Shown here one piece after another: positions 25,676-37,188 of a stretch of DNA of 64,000 nt. The notes under the pieces were generated by a model that searched no databases, was not told where the DNA came from, and saw only the letters and a list, made by a program, of their open reading frames with translations. This DNA comes from Hyaloraphidium curvatum SAG 235-1 (taxonomy: Eukaryota > Fungi > Monoblepharomycota): the NCBI GenBank assembly GCA_025558095.1, contig JAIVFI010000017.1, positions 434,001 to 498,000 on the forward strand, read 5' to 3'. Both the position numbers and the translations under genes were made by a program. Numbering within the stretch: the first letter of the stretch is position 1; the number at the start of each line of letters is the position of its first letter.

Positions 25676-25806
25676 TCACGACCGGACGACCCATAGACAT
25701 CTTCCTGCCCGGACGACATAGACATCTTCCTTGTGTGATCTGAACGCATTGCCAGAGGTGTCCATCGTGGCCCCAGTACAAAATCCCCGACCCAGATCAT
25801 CCCCGT

Positions 25807-27477
25807 TCACGTCCGCCCCTGCCAAGCCTGCTTCGCCCTCCCCGCCACGTCCGTCGCGAAGCCCGTGACCAGCGTCCACGCCTGCGCCGGGTTGGCAGCC
25901 AGCTTCCAGATGTCCGGCGCCGCCTCGGCCGCGGCGTGCCCCGCTGCGTGGCCGTTCTCGGCCGGCTTCTCGCCCTCGTCCTTCCCCCCAGCCTCGACGC
26001 CCGACGGCGGCGGCGTCGCCGGCTTCCGCAGCGCGGCTTCATGCGCCGCCTGCAGGTCCGCAAACATGTCCTTGCCCACCTCGGGCAGCCTCTCCACCAG
26101 CGCGTCCACGGCCGCACGGTATGTCTGCCCCGCAGCATCCTCTCCACCCTCACCGTCGGGATCCTCGAACAGTTCCGGCGGGATCTCCACCGCCGCACCG
26201 ATCGCGAAGCACTCCCCGAGCTTTTCCCTCCCCGGCGGCACCGGCACCGCGACCTTCTCCGCTGCGGCGCCGCACGCGAGCTCCAGCAGTGCGTCGACAG
26301 TGTCAAGGCCGCGGTGGATGGTCCTCGTCAGCGCTGATTTGCGTACGCGGAGTGCGTCGACGGCCTGGGCGATCTCGGCGGTTATCTTGGGGTGCGAAGC
26401 TAGCTCCAGGTCCGCCGTGTGAGCGCGCGGGGGTTGCGCGGGCGGGTGCGTGGAGTGGGGTTTGGAGGGCACGGATTGGAGGACGGCGTCGCGGAGCGCC
26501 TCCTCGCTCGCGCGCACCCCGTCAACTTTTTCCAGCATCCGGGTCAGGCGGTCCTCGAGCGAGCGCAGGTGGCGCTCCATCGTGGCGGTCGTGATCTGCG
26601 GCAGCCTGGGGCGGCGGCCGGCGTGATCTGGTGGTGGGTCCGCGGGCGGGGTGAGGGTAATACGGACGGCGCGAAGGGTAGTTGCAGAGGGCGGAGGTGG
26701 GGAGGCGGCGGGAGTGTCCGCGACGTCGTCCGCGCTCTCTGCGACCGAGTGCGTGTCGTCGTCGCCATCGGCCAAGCTCGTCTGCGACGCCGAGTCTGCG
26801 AGCTGCAGCAGGCCGCTAGACGATCCCTTCGCCCTGTGCGCACGCGGTTGGCGCGGGCGGGCGGCCTTTGCGCGGCCGAGGCCCGCCCTGCGGGCCGCCT
26901 CCCGCGTCGGCGACGCGGTCTCGCGCCTGCTGCGAGCGGCGTCGACGGCGGTTGTCGGCCACGACAGAAAAGAAACCGAGGCGGAGAGCGGCGACGGCGG
27001 CGCGGAGGTCTTGACCGGCGAGCCGGGCGGCGTGCCGGCGGCCGACCCCGCACCGGGGATCCCCAGCGTCAGACCGGAGCCCGAGCTGCCCAGACTCGCC
27101 GAGCTAGAGTTCGCAGCACCCGTGCTTAAATTCCCACTGGTAGAATTGCCGGGTCCCGGCTGCAGGTTCGGTGGGCCGCTTGCGTTTTCCAGGAGGGCGA
27201 GGGCGGCCGGCCCGGCCCGCCTCGCGCGCAGCAGACACAGCAGCAGCACGCCGCGCAGCGTGCGGATCTCCGGGAAGAGCAGCGCGCCGCACGCCGCCTC
27301 CACGCCGGCCAGCGCAGAGTGCTGCGCCGCCGCCGCCGCCCGCAGCGCGCGCGACACCGTCGCGAGGTTGTGGTCCGCGAGCAGCCACCGGAACGACGTG
27401 GCGATGGCGACGCCCGTGGCGACCGTGACAAGCCCCGCCACACTGAGCGTCAGCGTGGCGTCCGCGAGCCCGGACAT
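25807..27477 (-). CDS. Hypothetical protein with N-terminal hydrophobic segment and coiled coil
   Basis: Intronless ORF from MSGLADATLTLSVAGLVTVATGVAIA; no recognisable domain. Confidence 0.55.
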   Translation of the reverse strand: MSGLADATLTLSVAGLVTVATGVAIATSFRWLLADHNLATVSRALRAAAAAQHSALAGVEAACGALLFPEIRTLRGVLLLCLLRARRAGPAALALLENASGPPNLQPGPGNSTSGNLSTGAANSSSASLGSSGSGLTLGIPGAGSAAGTPPGSPVKTSAPPSPLSASVSFLSWPTTAVDAARSRRETASPTREAARRAGLGRAKAARPRQPRAHRAKGSSSGLLQLADSASQTSLADGDDDTHSVAESADDVADTPAASPPPPSATTLRAVRITLTPPADPPPDHAGRRPRLPQITTATMERHLRSLEDRLTRMLEKVDGVRASEEALRDAVLQSVPSKPHSTHPPAQPPRAHTADLELASHPKITAEIAQAVDALRVRKSALTRTIHRGLDTVDALLELACGAAAEKVAVPVPPGREKLGECFAIGAAVEIPPELFEDPDGEGGEDAAGQTYRAAVDALVERLPEVGKDMFADLQAAHEAALRKPATPPPSGVEAGGKDEGEKPAENGHAAGHAAAEAAPDIWKLAANPAQAWTLVTGFATDVAGRAKQAWQGRT

Positions 27478-27651
27478 CGCGGGATGGGCGGCGGTACTGG
27501 CGCCGTGACGAGGTGGCGGCAACAAGGCAAACAAATGTGACTTCGTTGCGTCATCGGCACTTCCTCGGCCCGCTAGCATCTCCTCCGACCACATTCTATC
27601 GTCAACACGCCGATATCCCATATTCTCTCCACAGGGCCCTCGCCCGCGTTC

Positions 27652-28886
27652 TCAAGGCGCCAGCTTGGTGACCGCCCCGTCCACAATCAGGTTGCTGCCC
27701 GTGCAGAACGCAGAAACGGGGCTGGCGAAAAACACCGTGGCGGCAGCCATCTCCTGCGGTGTGCCCATGCGGCCCGAGGGGTTGCCCGCAAGCGCGCCGG
27801 CGAACATTTCCGGCATGTGCTGCTCGATCGTCGCCCAGATTCCTGGCGCAAAGTACACGTTGCCTGGTTTCGAGAGGTCGTCAGAAGAGGTCCCCGCATA
27901 CATAACGACTCGGCCGAGACTTGCCTGGGCTTACGATGTTGAAGCTATTGGCGTAGGCAGCACAGTCAGACGGCGTGGGTGGGACAGTGGAAGGTGCTCA
28001 CCGAATGCCGTCCTTGGCGTACGTGCGGGCGGAGCCCTTGATGAAGAAGTTAAGCGCAGCCTTCATGGCACCGTAGCCTGCCAGCGACACATCGGTCAGA
28101 CGGACACGCGGTTCAGTTGTCGCATCGTCGTACCCTCGTAGAATCCGTCGATCTCGAGGCCCGACACAGAGGAAATGGCGATGAACGACGGGTTCTTGCT
28201 CTGCGGCCCCGATGGCGTCAGATCACGTCTTGGGAACGGGCGACAGCCGTCCTTTTACCTTGAGGAGGTGGGGCACTGAGGCGTTCCGCAGCCTGACGGC
28301 GCCCAGCACCTGTCGAGCGAAGTCGATGGATCAACACGATGTCCAGAAGCCATCGGCGACATCTGGGACCCACATCGATCTCGAAACACTCCTTCCAGGC
28401 CTCCTCATTGTCGCCTGCAACAACAGCCACGGTCAATCGGGTCCACTACTCCGGCCCGCTCAGCAGCACTGACCTCCTTTGAGCGCCGACACGTTCGAGA
28501 CCACCGTGTCCAGCCCACCCAGCGCGGCCGCCGCGTCGTCCACGAACTTCTTCAGCGCGGCGCCGTCGGACACGTCCACGCCGGCGCCGAACGCCTTGAC
28601 GCCGAACTTCTCCTGCAGCCCCTTGACCGCGGCCTCGACCTCGGCCGCGTTGCGCGAGCACAGCGCGATGTCGACGCCCTCGGCGGCCAGCGACTCGACG
28701 ATGCTCTTGCCGATGCCTTCGGTACACGTTCGTCGTCAGCCCCCGTTGTGGCTCTTGCGGGGAGACGGGAGACGGACCTTTGGTGCCGCCCGTCACGAGC
28801 GCCTTGGAGCCCTTCAGGGCGAAATCGACCTTGGTCCCCTTCCAGCCCGCGAGCAGGGGGACGGCGCCTTCTTTGCCGGAGGCCAT
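27652..28886 (-). CDS. Short-chain dehydrogenase/reductase (FabG-like), many small exons
   Basis: ALVTGGTK|GIGKSI, YGAMKAA, PGNVYFAPGIW..NPSGRMGTPQE..FFASP..TGSNLIVDGA. Confidence 0.88.
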
Positions 28887-29076
28887 GGTGGGGATTCGCT
28901 GGCGGGATGCGGTTGGGAGACGGTGCCGGCGATGGATCGTCGGCGGGCGCGGCGCCGCCGCCCGCGATCGATCGAGGTCGCCACAGCGCGCCAATTCGAC
29001 TGGCGGATGAAGGACCCTTCAATTAACAAGCTTGATGAGCTCGTGTTGCAGCGATGCCTCATCAGCCTCGAATCGC

Positions 29077-29186
29077 GGACGCACTGCGCCTCCCGGGGCG
29101 TGCTGCACCGGGACTGCAAGCTCGACAACGTGCTGGCGTCGGCCGACGCAGGGTCGCGCTCATCGACTTCAACCGCTGCGCATCCT
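29077..29186 (+). pseudogene. Orphan ~105-nt copy of the kinase catalytic-loop segment at 31863-31981
   Basis: Near-identical nucleotide copy encoding HCASRGVLHRDCKLDNVL, with an indel before IDFN. Confidence 0.85.
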
Positions 29187-29355
29187 CTGCTAACAGTCCT
29201 TCCCATTGGCCCTTCAAGATGTGGCCGGCGTCCGAGGGCCAAGGCCTGAGCAAGGACGCTCCGCCTGCGCCACTCGATCCCTCACGCACTGAGTCATTCT
29301 CACTCACCTTGAAGTCCACGAATCCTGCTTCGCATCGGACGACACTCCGCTCCAG

Positions 29356-30660
29356 ATGCGACGAAATTGCGCGCTTAACTTTTCTGCGGCCGGCGCCGCC
29401 CTGCTGCTCGCCTCGGCGGCGCTGCTGGCCTCGCCCGCCGCGGCGTCCCCCGTCGCGGTGGCACCCTCCAGCGATCCTCCGTTGCTCCCCCGCGGCCAAG
29501 CCGAAGTCGGCGAAGCCTGCGCCGGCTCCTCTTCCTCCTGCAAGTCGTTGTGCTGCTTCAGCGGCACCTGCGCACCGTTCGACCGCTGCTTCCCCTTTGG
29601 CTCCTTCGGCCTCGACGGCGCGGCCTGCAACTCCAGCTCCATCGACCAGTGCCTCTCCGGCTGCTGTGCGGACGGCGTCTGCTCCCCGAGAAGCGCCTGC
29701 GGTAATGCCGCGATCCCAAACGTGACGCCGCGCCCGGGTTTGATGGGCGACGCCTGCGCCTCGAGCGAGGGCGACGAGTGCCAGACGCAGTGCTGCCTTC
29801 GGGGTCAATGTGCCCCGGCAGTGGAGTGCTACGGCGGCGAGGCGTATCCCGTGCACCCGGGGCTGTACGGGGACGCCTGCCTGGCGAGCAACGCCTCGCA
29901 GTGTGCGACGGGGTGCTGCCTGGACGGCGTCTGCGTCGACTACGCCGAGTGCTTCGGCGGCGGCGAATCCGGCGGCGATGCCGACCTCGGGAAGCCGGAA
30001 GACCTGGTCGCGGCGGGGATCGGCGCGGGGATGCTCGTCTACCAGTGCCGATCTCCGGGCATGGTTGCCCTGACGTTCGACGACGGATCGTTCAAGGACA
30101 CCGAAGCGCTACTCAACATCCTCGACGGGCGCAACGTCAAGGCTACCTTCTTCGTCAATGGCCAGAACTTCGACGATGTAAGAAACCGCGCCGGTCTCAT
30201 CCGCCGGATGAAGAACACGGGACATTGCGCTGGGTTGCACGGATATTTCCACTATGACATGAGAACGCTCGACCGTGACAAGCAGTACGCGAACCTGAAG
30301 CAGCTCGACGACCTCCTGTTGCAGATCATGGGCGCCCGCACCAGATTCTTCCGCCCACCGTACGGAGGCATTGGCGCCGACACCGCCGCCGTCTGCGCTT
30401 CCCTCGGGCTCGACATAATCATGTGGAACGTCGATTCCCGGGACTGGGAGTACCACGACAATAAGCGCTCCGTTGCCGTGTACGAGGCGCAGTGCACCGA
30501 CCCGCGTACGCAGAGCTTCGTCGGCCTGCAGCACGACGTGTTCCCCGAGACGGCGCTGGGGCTCGCGTCGTGGGTGATCGACACGCTGCGGTACAGGGGC
30601 TTCAGGTTCGTGACGGTGGGGGAGTGCGTGTACGGCTCGACGTCGGCGTGCTACCAGTGA
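29356..30660 (+). CDS. Secreted CE4 (NodB) polysaccharide/chitin deacetylase with four N-terminal 6-Cys repeats, intronless
   Basis: Signal peptide; TFDDG, HGYFH, RPPYG, DSRDW, LQHD motifs; YRGFRFVTVGEC end. Confidence 0.92.
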   Translation: MRRNCALNFSAAGAALLLASAALLASPAAASPVAVAPSSDPPLLPRGQAEVGEACAGSSSSCKSLCCFSGTCAPFDRCFPFGSFGLDGAACNSSSIDQCLSGCCADGVCSPRSACGNAAIPNVTPRPGLMGDACASSEGDECQTQCCLRGQCAPAVECYGGEAYPVHPGLYGDACLASNASQCATGCCLDGVCVDYAECFGGGESGGDADLGKPEDLVAAGIGAGMLVYQCRSPGMVALTFDDGSFKDTEALLNILDGRNVKATFFVNGQNFDDVRNRAGLIRRMKNTGHCAGLHGYFHYDMRTLDRDKQYANLKQLDDLLLQIMGARTRFFRPPYGGIGADTAAVCASLGLDIIMWNVDSRDWEYHDNKRSVAVYEAQCTDPRTQSFVGLQHDVFPETALGLASWVIDTLRYRGFRFVTVGECVYGSTSACYQ

Positions 30661-31473
30661 TCGGGAGTCACGAGGCAGATCCGCGGCTCCGAACGATAGA
30701 CAGACATCTCCTATTCTTCTTTATATGTATTGTAAGTGCAGTTGAAGAGAAAAGAGGCTTCTTCTCGCCACCAAGTGTATCGCTGCCCAGCAGCGGAGAA
30801 CCCGTCGCAAGAACATGCATCCGTCGCAAGAACCCCCTGCCGTTGCCGCAGTACGAAGCCATACCTGTACCTGTCCGATGCCGATATCATGCCCGGCCCG
30901 GATGGCATGATCGCTTGCGTGCCAGCGCAGCATCCCGATCCGGAATGCAAGGGCACCCGCAGCGCGGCATAGCGCCGGCAGCGCGGCACGCGCAGGCACG
31001 GAAATTCCCGAAGATGCGGTGCGGCATTTACATCCGCCTTCTTATGCGGTCGCGGGGTGCTCCGATGGGCATTTGCCGGGGGTTGTGGATTGCGCAAGGT
31101 GATGAGCCTAATCGGTCGGAAGACTCACTTTGCACGTGACCCTTCCGGCCGGGGAGTCATTCGGGCTCTTGAGTCAAGAGCCCTCTTCTCACTCCCCTGG
31201 TCGAAAATCAACAAAGGACTCCGCCTCGTTGCCGTCGGAAGTGCCGCTTCCGTTGAGGCTTGGTTTGGGGTGTTGCCGTTTGGAACGTCGCTTGCGCCCC
31301 ACGAAGGGTCCGCGCAGCACCCGTTTCCGGCGGGCTCAGCGCTCCGACGTGGCATTCAAGCGAACCCAGCAGACATGCTGTCGCTTAGCAACAGCCAACA
31401 GCGAACGGCGGACCATATCTTCAGGCGTTCGCGGCGGTCACCCGGCCCGTATTCACGCCCGCACTCGCCCGCC

Positions 31474-32601
31474 ATGCCCCGCGCCGACCACAGCACCCGC
31501 ACTTCGCCCGCGCTGCCCGCGGAGGGCACGCTGCTCCGCGGCGCCGCCGCCGTCTGGCGCATCGGCCGCCCGCTCGGCAAGGGCTCCTTCGCCACCGTCT
31601 TCGAGGCGCGCGGCCCCAACGGCGAGCGCGCCGTCGTCAAGAGCGCCGCCCCCTCGCCGCAGGTCGACCGCGAGGCCGAGGCGCTCAGGAAGCTCGCGGG
31701 GCACCCCAACGTCGTGCGGCTGCTCGACGTCGCTCGCACGCCCGCGGCAACGCACCTCGTGCTCGAGCGGGTCGACGGCCTCGAGCTCTACGACTTCCTG
31801 CAGGCACAGCCGGCGGGCAGGATGCGGGAGGACCTCGCCCGCGCCGTGGCCACGCAGCTGCTGGACGCACTGGCGCACTGCGCCTCCCGGGGCGTGCTGC
31901 ACCGGGACTGCAAGCTCGACAACGTGCTGGTCTCGGCCGACGGCCGCGTCGTGCTCATCGACTTCAACCTCTGCGCCTCCTTCACCGACGCCACCTCGCA
32001 CACCGACCCCGTGGGCAGCATCCGCTACTGCGCCCCCACGGTGCTGGAGCTCGCCGCCGCCGGCCTGCCCTACCCCGCCGACGGCGGCTGGGTCGACGTC
32101 TACTCGGCCGCCGTGGTGGCCTACGCGTGCCTGACGGGGTGCTGGCCCTTCCGCGGGGACTCGCCCGAGGAGGCGCTGGAGGACTACCTGGCGGCGTTCG
32201 ACGCCCGCGGGGGGTTCGGGAGGGGGATCGAGTTCCCAGAGGACGTTTCGGAGCAGGCCCGGGCGTTCGTGCTCGCGGGGCTGGACTCGCGGTACCGCTT
32301 CCGCGCGGACGAGATGCGCGCGCACCCCTGGCTCGCCGAGGCGCCGCCGTCGCCCTCCGAGACCCTGGTCGGCTCCGAGGCGGGCTCGCCGTTCGCCCTC
32401 GACGACTTTGTCGACGCCGAGGCGCTCGCCGACTCGGCAAACGGGATGCAGCTCTGGAACAGCGCCAGCCCCGCCGCACCCTCGGCACCCCCGCTGGACC
32501 TCTGCACCGCGGCGCCGGAGGACGACGGGGAGGACACGGACTGCGAGGACGCGTGGGGCGGGGAGCTGGCGGCCGTGCTGCTCTCCATTTCAGCATGCTG
32601 A
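31474..32601 (+). CDS. CAMK-like Ser/Thr kinase with DFN in place of DFG, intronless
   Basis: GKGSFATV, VVKS, HPNVVRL, HRDCKLDN, IDFN, GSIRYCAP, DVYS; start could be 31375. Confidence 0.88.
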   Translation: MPRADHSTRTSPALPAEGTLLRGAAAVWRIGRPLGKGSFATVFEARGPNGERAVVKSAAPSPQVDREAEALRKLAGHPNVVRLLDVARTPAATHLVLERVDGLELYDFLQAQPAGRMREDLARAVATQLLDALAHCASRGVLHRDCKLDNVLVSADGRVVLIDFNLCASFTDATSHTDPVGSIRYCAPTVLELAAAGLPYPADGGWVDVYSAAVVAYACLTGCWPFRGDSPEEALEDYLAAFDARGGFGRGIEFPEDVSEQARAFVLAGLDSRYRFRADEMRAHPWLAEAPPSPSETLVGSEAGSPFALDDFVDAEALADSANGMQLWNSASPAAPSAPPLDLCTAAPEDDGEDTDCEDAWGGELAAVLLSISAC

Positions 32602-34200
32602 GGCACACAAGGCGGATGGAAGGAAGTGGAATTAGGGGATCCATACCGATACTTTGTCCAATACCCTGGAAGATTGAATGGAACATGCTCCATTGACTTG
32701 CACCCCAAGGAACCAAAGCCCCGCCCCGTCCGCGTCCCGCTTCCGGCCTCATCGGCCTTCCCGTCCGCAGGGACACTTGCCTGCAACACATCCAACACCA
32801 TGCGGCAGTCTCCATCTGGAAAGCCGTGGGGGGGGGGAAGACGCCGGGTGTTGGGTCCAGGCGGGGCCGCCTCCCGACGGGCTTTGTCCGAACCCCCGCT
32901 GCCCGTCCACCCCCGGCCAACCCGCTCGCGAGCCATCCCAAGACATGCGAGGAGGTCGCTCGAGGATGTGTCTCATGCGGGAAGAGCGGCAGCAGGGGGA
33001 GAGAGGGGGGGGAACGGGTGCCGTGCGGCTTCATACGGCGGGATCCCGGGCGGCAAACGACGGCCTACCTCCCCCCGGCTTTCACCGGCTTTTCACGGCC
33101 CCCGCGGTGCGAGAAAGGCGGATCCATGCGTTGCCGAGCTCGTGGAGGCTCCCGGGCGGCGGCGGAGGGGTGATTGGCGGCGGTCGGGAGGCGGAGAGTT
33201 TTGGCGGGTCGGCGGGCGGAGCGGGAACCTGTGACCCACCCGTGCCAGCCCGCATCCCCTGGGCGTCGGGACTGGACCGACCGTGGCTTTGCTGCCTTCT
33301 CGTGCCATATAGTCGATGGATTGGATGGAAAGCGCCGAGTTTGAGGGGCGGCCGGTGCCTGAAGTCCGGAACGCCCAGCGGGCCGCAACGCCAATGCCTT
33401 GGGGAAGCCTGGCCGTGTCGCCCCGGGGCCCCGGAGGGAGCGGGGAGGGCGGGATCGGGGGTTGCGCGGTGTTGCGAGGGCCGCCGGGCGCCGGATGGGC
33501 GGGCGATCGGTGTGTCGCGGTGAGCGCAGTTGAGGGACGAGGATCGGATCCGGGGACGCAAATCTGGGCGGCCGCTATTTGCAGGCCAATGGAGCGGCGG
33601 GAGGGGCTGGGCGCCGGGGTGGGGACGGGATGGATGTCGGTGGTCAGCTTGGGGGCGGTTGCGGCGGCTGGATGGCCCCGACGAGGGGCAGAACGGGGGA
33701 AACAACTCCACGCGGCCAAAGTCTAGGCCCTCGGGCTTGCGGAGCTATCGGTTCCCGAAAGCCCCTTCACTGCCGCTGCCCGTTGTCGGGCGGGCCCGAC
33801 AACCTCGCGAGCGCTTGAAAGGCGTTTGGGAGTTTTGCGGATGGTAGTGCTGTGGAGGATTGGCGTTCAAAGAGGGGAAAAAGCTGGGGAGAGTTTTGGG
33901 GGGCTAAACCAGGGTCCCGGGTCTAGACTCTTGGGGTCTCGGTTGCCTTTTTCCCCCCGTCTTCGTTTCTCTCCGTCTGGCACGGCGCCAGAGCCTTTCT
34001 AGGCGACCGGGGTGGAATTTTCAGCCCGGATCAGCAGGTCGTCGCCCATGGGGCATCGATTCGGAGAGGCGGGGAAGGTTTCGGCTGGGCGGACGGTCTG
34101 TAGTGGCCTGGACCCCTCCGGTCGGCGGCGACCGCAAGCAGCTTTCGGTGGTTCAGTTTCCCGTTCCCCGCCATTCCCGGTACCAAGGAGCGGCGCGGGG

Positions 34201-35895
34201 ATGCTGGCGCCGTTCCCGCCTGCCCCGCTCATCCTCCCGCCGATGGCGCCGCCGCCGTCCGCGCCGTGGGCCGCGTGCCCGAGCAACTGCGGGCTTGCGG
34301 GGTCCTCGTCGTCGTCGTCAGCGGGCACGTGCGTGGCGTGCGGCGACTCGCCGTCGTCCGCGTGGGGCGCGCCGTCGTCTGCCGGCACGGCGGTGGCCGC
34401 GCCGGTGCCCGTGCTGTTCGGGTGGGCGCCGCTGGCCCCGCCTCCGGCCCCGCCCCCGCCCCCGCCCCCGCCCCCGCCGCCCGGCCCGACACGGCCGCCG
34501 TGCGCGCGCCGCGCCGTGCCCGCGTTCCACCCGTACGCGCGCGCGGAGCACCGCCGCCCGCGCTCGTTCGCCGACCCCCGGACGCACGCCGCGCTCGCCT
34601 GGCCGGCCGCACATCCCGCCTTCCCCTCGCCCGCGTGGGCCGCGGACCCCATCGCGCCGCCGCCGCCGCCGCCCGAACTCGCGCTGCTGGGCGAGCCCGC
34701 GCCGCCGCCGCCCCTGCCCCCGCTGCCCCCGCTGCCGCCGCGCCGCTCCTCCGCCAGCGCCGCGCCTGCCCTGCCACACGTCGGCGCCGTGCTGCCCCAC
34801 CCGCCGCTGCCCGCTCCCCTGTCGCGCTCAAAGGGCCCGCGCATCGGGCAGTTCCAGCTGCTGTCCCCCCTGGGTCGGGGCTCGTACGGCGTGGTGTACC
34901 TCGGCGAGGGCCCAGACGGCGGCCTGGTCGCAATCAAGCGCGTGCCGCTGTACCTCGCAGACGCGGCCTGCAAGCGCAGGCCCAACCCGCACATCGTCTC
35001 CGAGGTCGCCGCGCTCAACCTGGTGCGCGGCGCAGAGAACGTGGCGCAGCTGAAGGGTGGGTCGCACCGACGGCCGCACCGCACGTCAAGTTGCTGACGT
35101 GCACCCCCCGGTTAGACGTCCTCTACACCTCCAGCCACGCCAACCTCGTGCTCGACTACAGCCACGGCATCGACGTGCTGCGCTTCATGGAGGCCCGCAA
35201 GCGGCGCTTCGGCGCGCAGTGCACCGCGGGCGCCGCGGCCGACGCCGGCGCGCTGCCCGAGGAGTTCACCCGGCTCATCGTGCACGACATCCTCAAGGCG
35301 CTGCGCAGCGTGCATTCCGCGGGCATCGTGCACCGCGACGTCAAGCTTGGTGGGCATCCGCGCCGCGCCGCCGGACCGCGTCGCATGCTGACGTCCCCGC
35401 CCCCCCGCGCATGCAGACAACATCCTCATCTCCCCCCGCACCGGCGTCTCCTCCCTCATCGACTTCAACCTCGCCTCCCCCATGCGCGACCCCGCGCACC
35501 CCGCGCGCGAGGTGCGCTTCCGCCGCCCCGCGGGGTCGCTGCACTACTGCGCCCCCGACGTGCTGCGGACGTGCCTCGCCCGCGGCGCCGACCCGGACGC
35601 CGACGACGGCGACGCCCCCGACGGCAGGGGCTACGCGGCGTGCGGCGGGTGGCTGGACGTGTATTCCCTCGGCGTGGCGTGCTACTCGATGCTCGTCGGG
35701 CGGTTCCCGTTCCCGGGCGCCGGGGCGGGGGACATCCTCGCGAGCCACGCCGCGAAAGGCGGCCGGTGCTTCGCGGGCGACGAGGGGTGCGCGGTTTCCG
35801 AGGCCGCGAGGGCGTTCGTGGAGGGGTGCGTGGACGAAACGGGGAGGTGGAGCGCGGAGGAGGCGCTGAAGCACGCGTGGTTCGAGGGGCTGTGA
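34201..35895 (+). CDS. Ser/Thr kinase with DFN motif and Pro-rich N-terminus, 2 introns
   Basis: GRGSYGVV, VAIK, HRDVKL|DN, IDFN, GSLHYCAPD, WLDVYSLG, RWSAEEALKHAW. Confidence 0.88.
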
Positions 35896-36059
35896 GCACC
35901 GCGACGAGGGGCGATAAGCTATGCTGGGCAGCACGGTTGAAGTTAAGATATCCTGGATGCTTGCTGAATGAACTCGGATGGCTTCGAAGCGATGCACGGA
36001 CGGGGCACTTGCATGCGCCGCCACACCTGCCGGCCCCGAATCTCGCCAACACAAACACC

Positions 36060-37089
36060 ATGTCCGACCTCCCCCCCGCCGCGGAGCTCCTCCTCACCCG
36101 CATCCGCGCGGCGCTCTCCGCCTTCTCTGCCCGGCTGGACGACGTCGACGCCGCGCTCGCCGCCGGCCGCAGCCTCGCGGAGCTCGCACCGACATTGGCC
36201 GCCATGGGCGGAGCGTGGGCGGCCGCGGACGGGCTGGTCAATGTCGTGGACGCGCTGGCGGTGCCTCCCGACGCCCGCCCGCAGATCCTGCGGGACGCCG
36301 TCGAGGTGCCGGGGCTCGAAAATGAGCACTGGCCCTCCGACTCGCCGGCGTTCCTGGGGTTCCAATCCAGGCTGTTCCCGGCGGCGTACCCGCACATCCG
36401 CCGCGCGATCATGCTGTGGCTCGATCCGAGGGTCGCGGCGCTGCACGGGGTGCCCGTCGGGGGGGTGCAGGGCATGGCCGGCGTCGCGGCGCGGGCGCTG
36501 CGGTGCAGCCCGCCCATGCAGGATGCGGGCAGGGCGGTGCGGCAATTCAGGATGTCGCCGGTGTTCTACGTGGGGAGGTGGTGCGCCAACCGGCTCTAGG
36601 TGCTGGCGAGGAAGAGCGCGGCCAACCGGGCGAGGTTCGCCGAGGACTGGGGATGCAGGACGCCGTGCTCGGCGCGGTACGCGGACCCCGACCGCCGCGA
36701 AAGCGGGCTGCCGGCGTTCCTGGAGGTGCTCGACGACGGCACGATGGCGCCCGACTGCGCGATGGCGCTCATGGCGCGGTACCGCGACCTCAGGGTCGCC
36801 CAACGGCCGCCGGGGCCGGGGGAGCCGGACGACCTGGGCGCGCTGGCGAGGCTGGCGCCGGCGATCGGGAAGGCGTTCGGCGCGGCGGATCGCGGGAAGG
36901 TGCCGCGGCCGGACGGGGGCCCGGGGGCGCCGCGGCTGTGCGATGTCTGCGGGAGGGGGCCGGGGGAGGGGGCAGAGCTGAGGAGGTGTTCGAGGTGCAG
37001 GGTGGTACTGCTCCAGGGAGTGCCAGGCGAGGGATTGGAGCGCGCACAAGGGGGCGTGTTTCGTTACGGGGGAAGCGGCGGGGAAGTGA
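36060..37089 (+). pseudogene. MYND zinc-finger gene with premature stop and frameshift
   Basis: In-frame TAG 36597-36599; CDVC..RCSRCR then a frameshift near 37003 into YCSRECQARDWSAHKGAC. Confidence 0.75.
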
Positions 37090-37188
37090 AGGGGGTTGCG
37101 GGCCGGTGTGGTCGTGGGAGGCAGGAGGCATGCGGACCGCTACAGCAAGAGCGACAAGAGGCCACTCTATGCAGGCTTGAAATGTCTA

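Noticed and set aside
25682-25731. Short direct repeat CCGGACGAC..CATAGACATCTTCCT x2
   Set aside because: Only two ~23-nt copies in a 3' UTR with no spacers; local slippage, not CRISPR-like
32602-34200. 1.6-kb GC-rich gap, examined for ncRNA or a mobile element
   Set aside because: No tRNA/rRNA pattern, terminal repeats or coding-like ORF recognised; probably promoter/UTR
34266-36599. 777-aa ORF apparently fusing the kinase and MYND genes
   Set aside because: Chance open frame running through introns and the intergenic gap; the kinase stops at 35895 and the next ATG is at 36060
36597-36599. In-frame TAG codons (also 50733) as evidence of stop-codon recoding
   Set aside because: Both occur in loci that also carry frameshifts, and TAG terminates normal genes in this window
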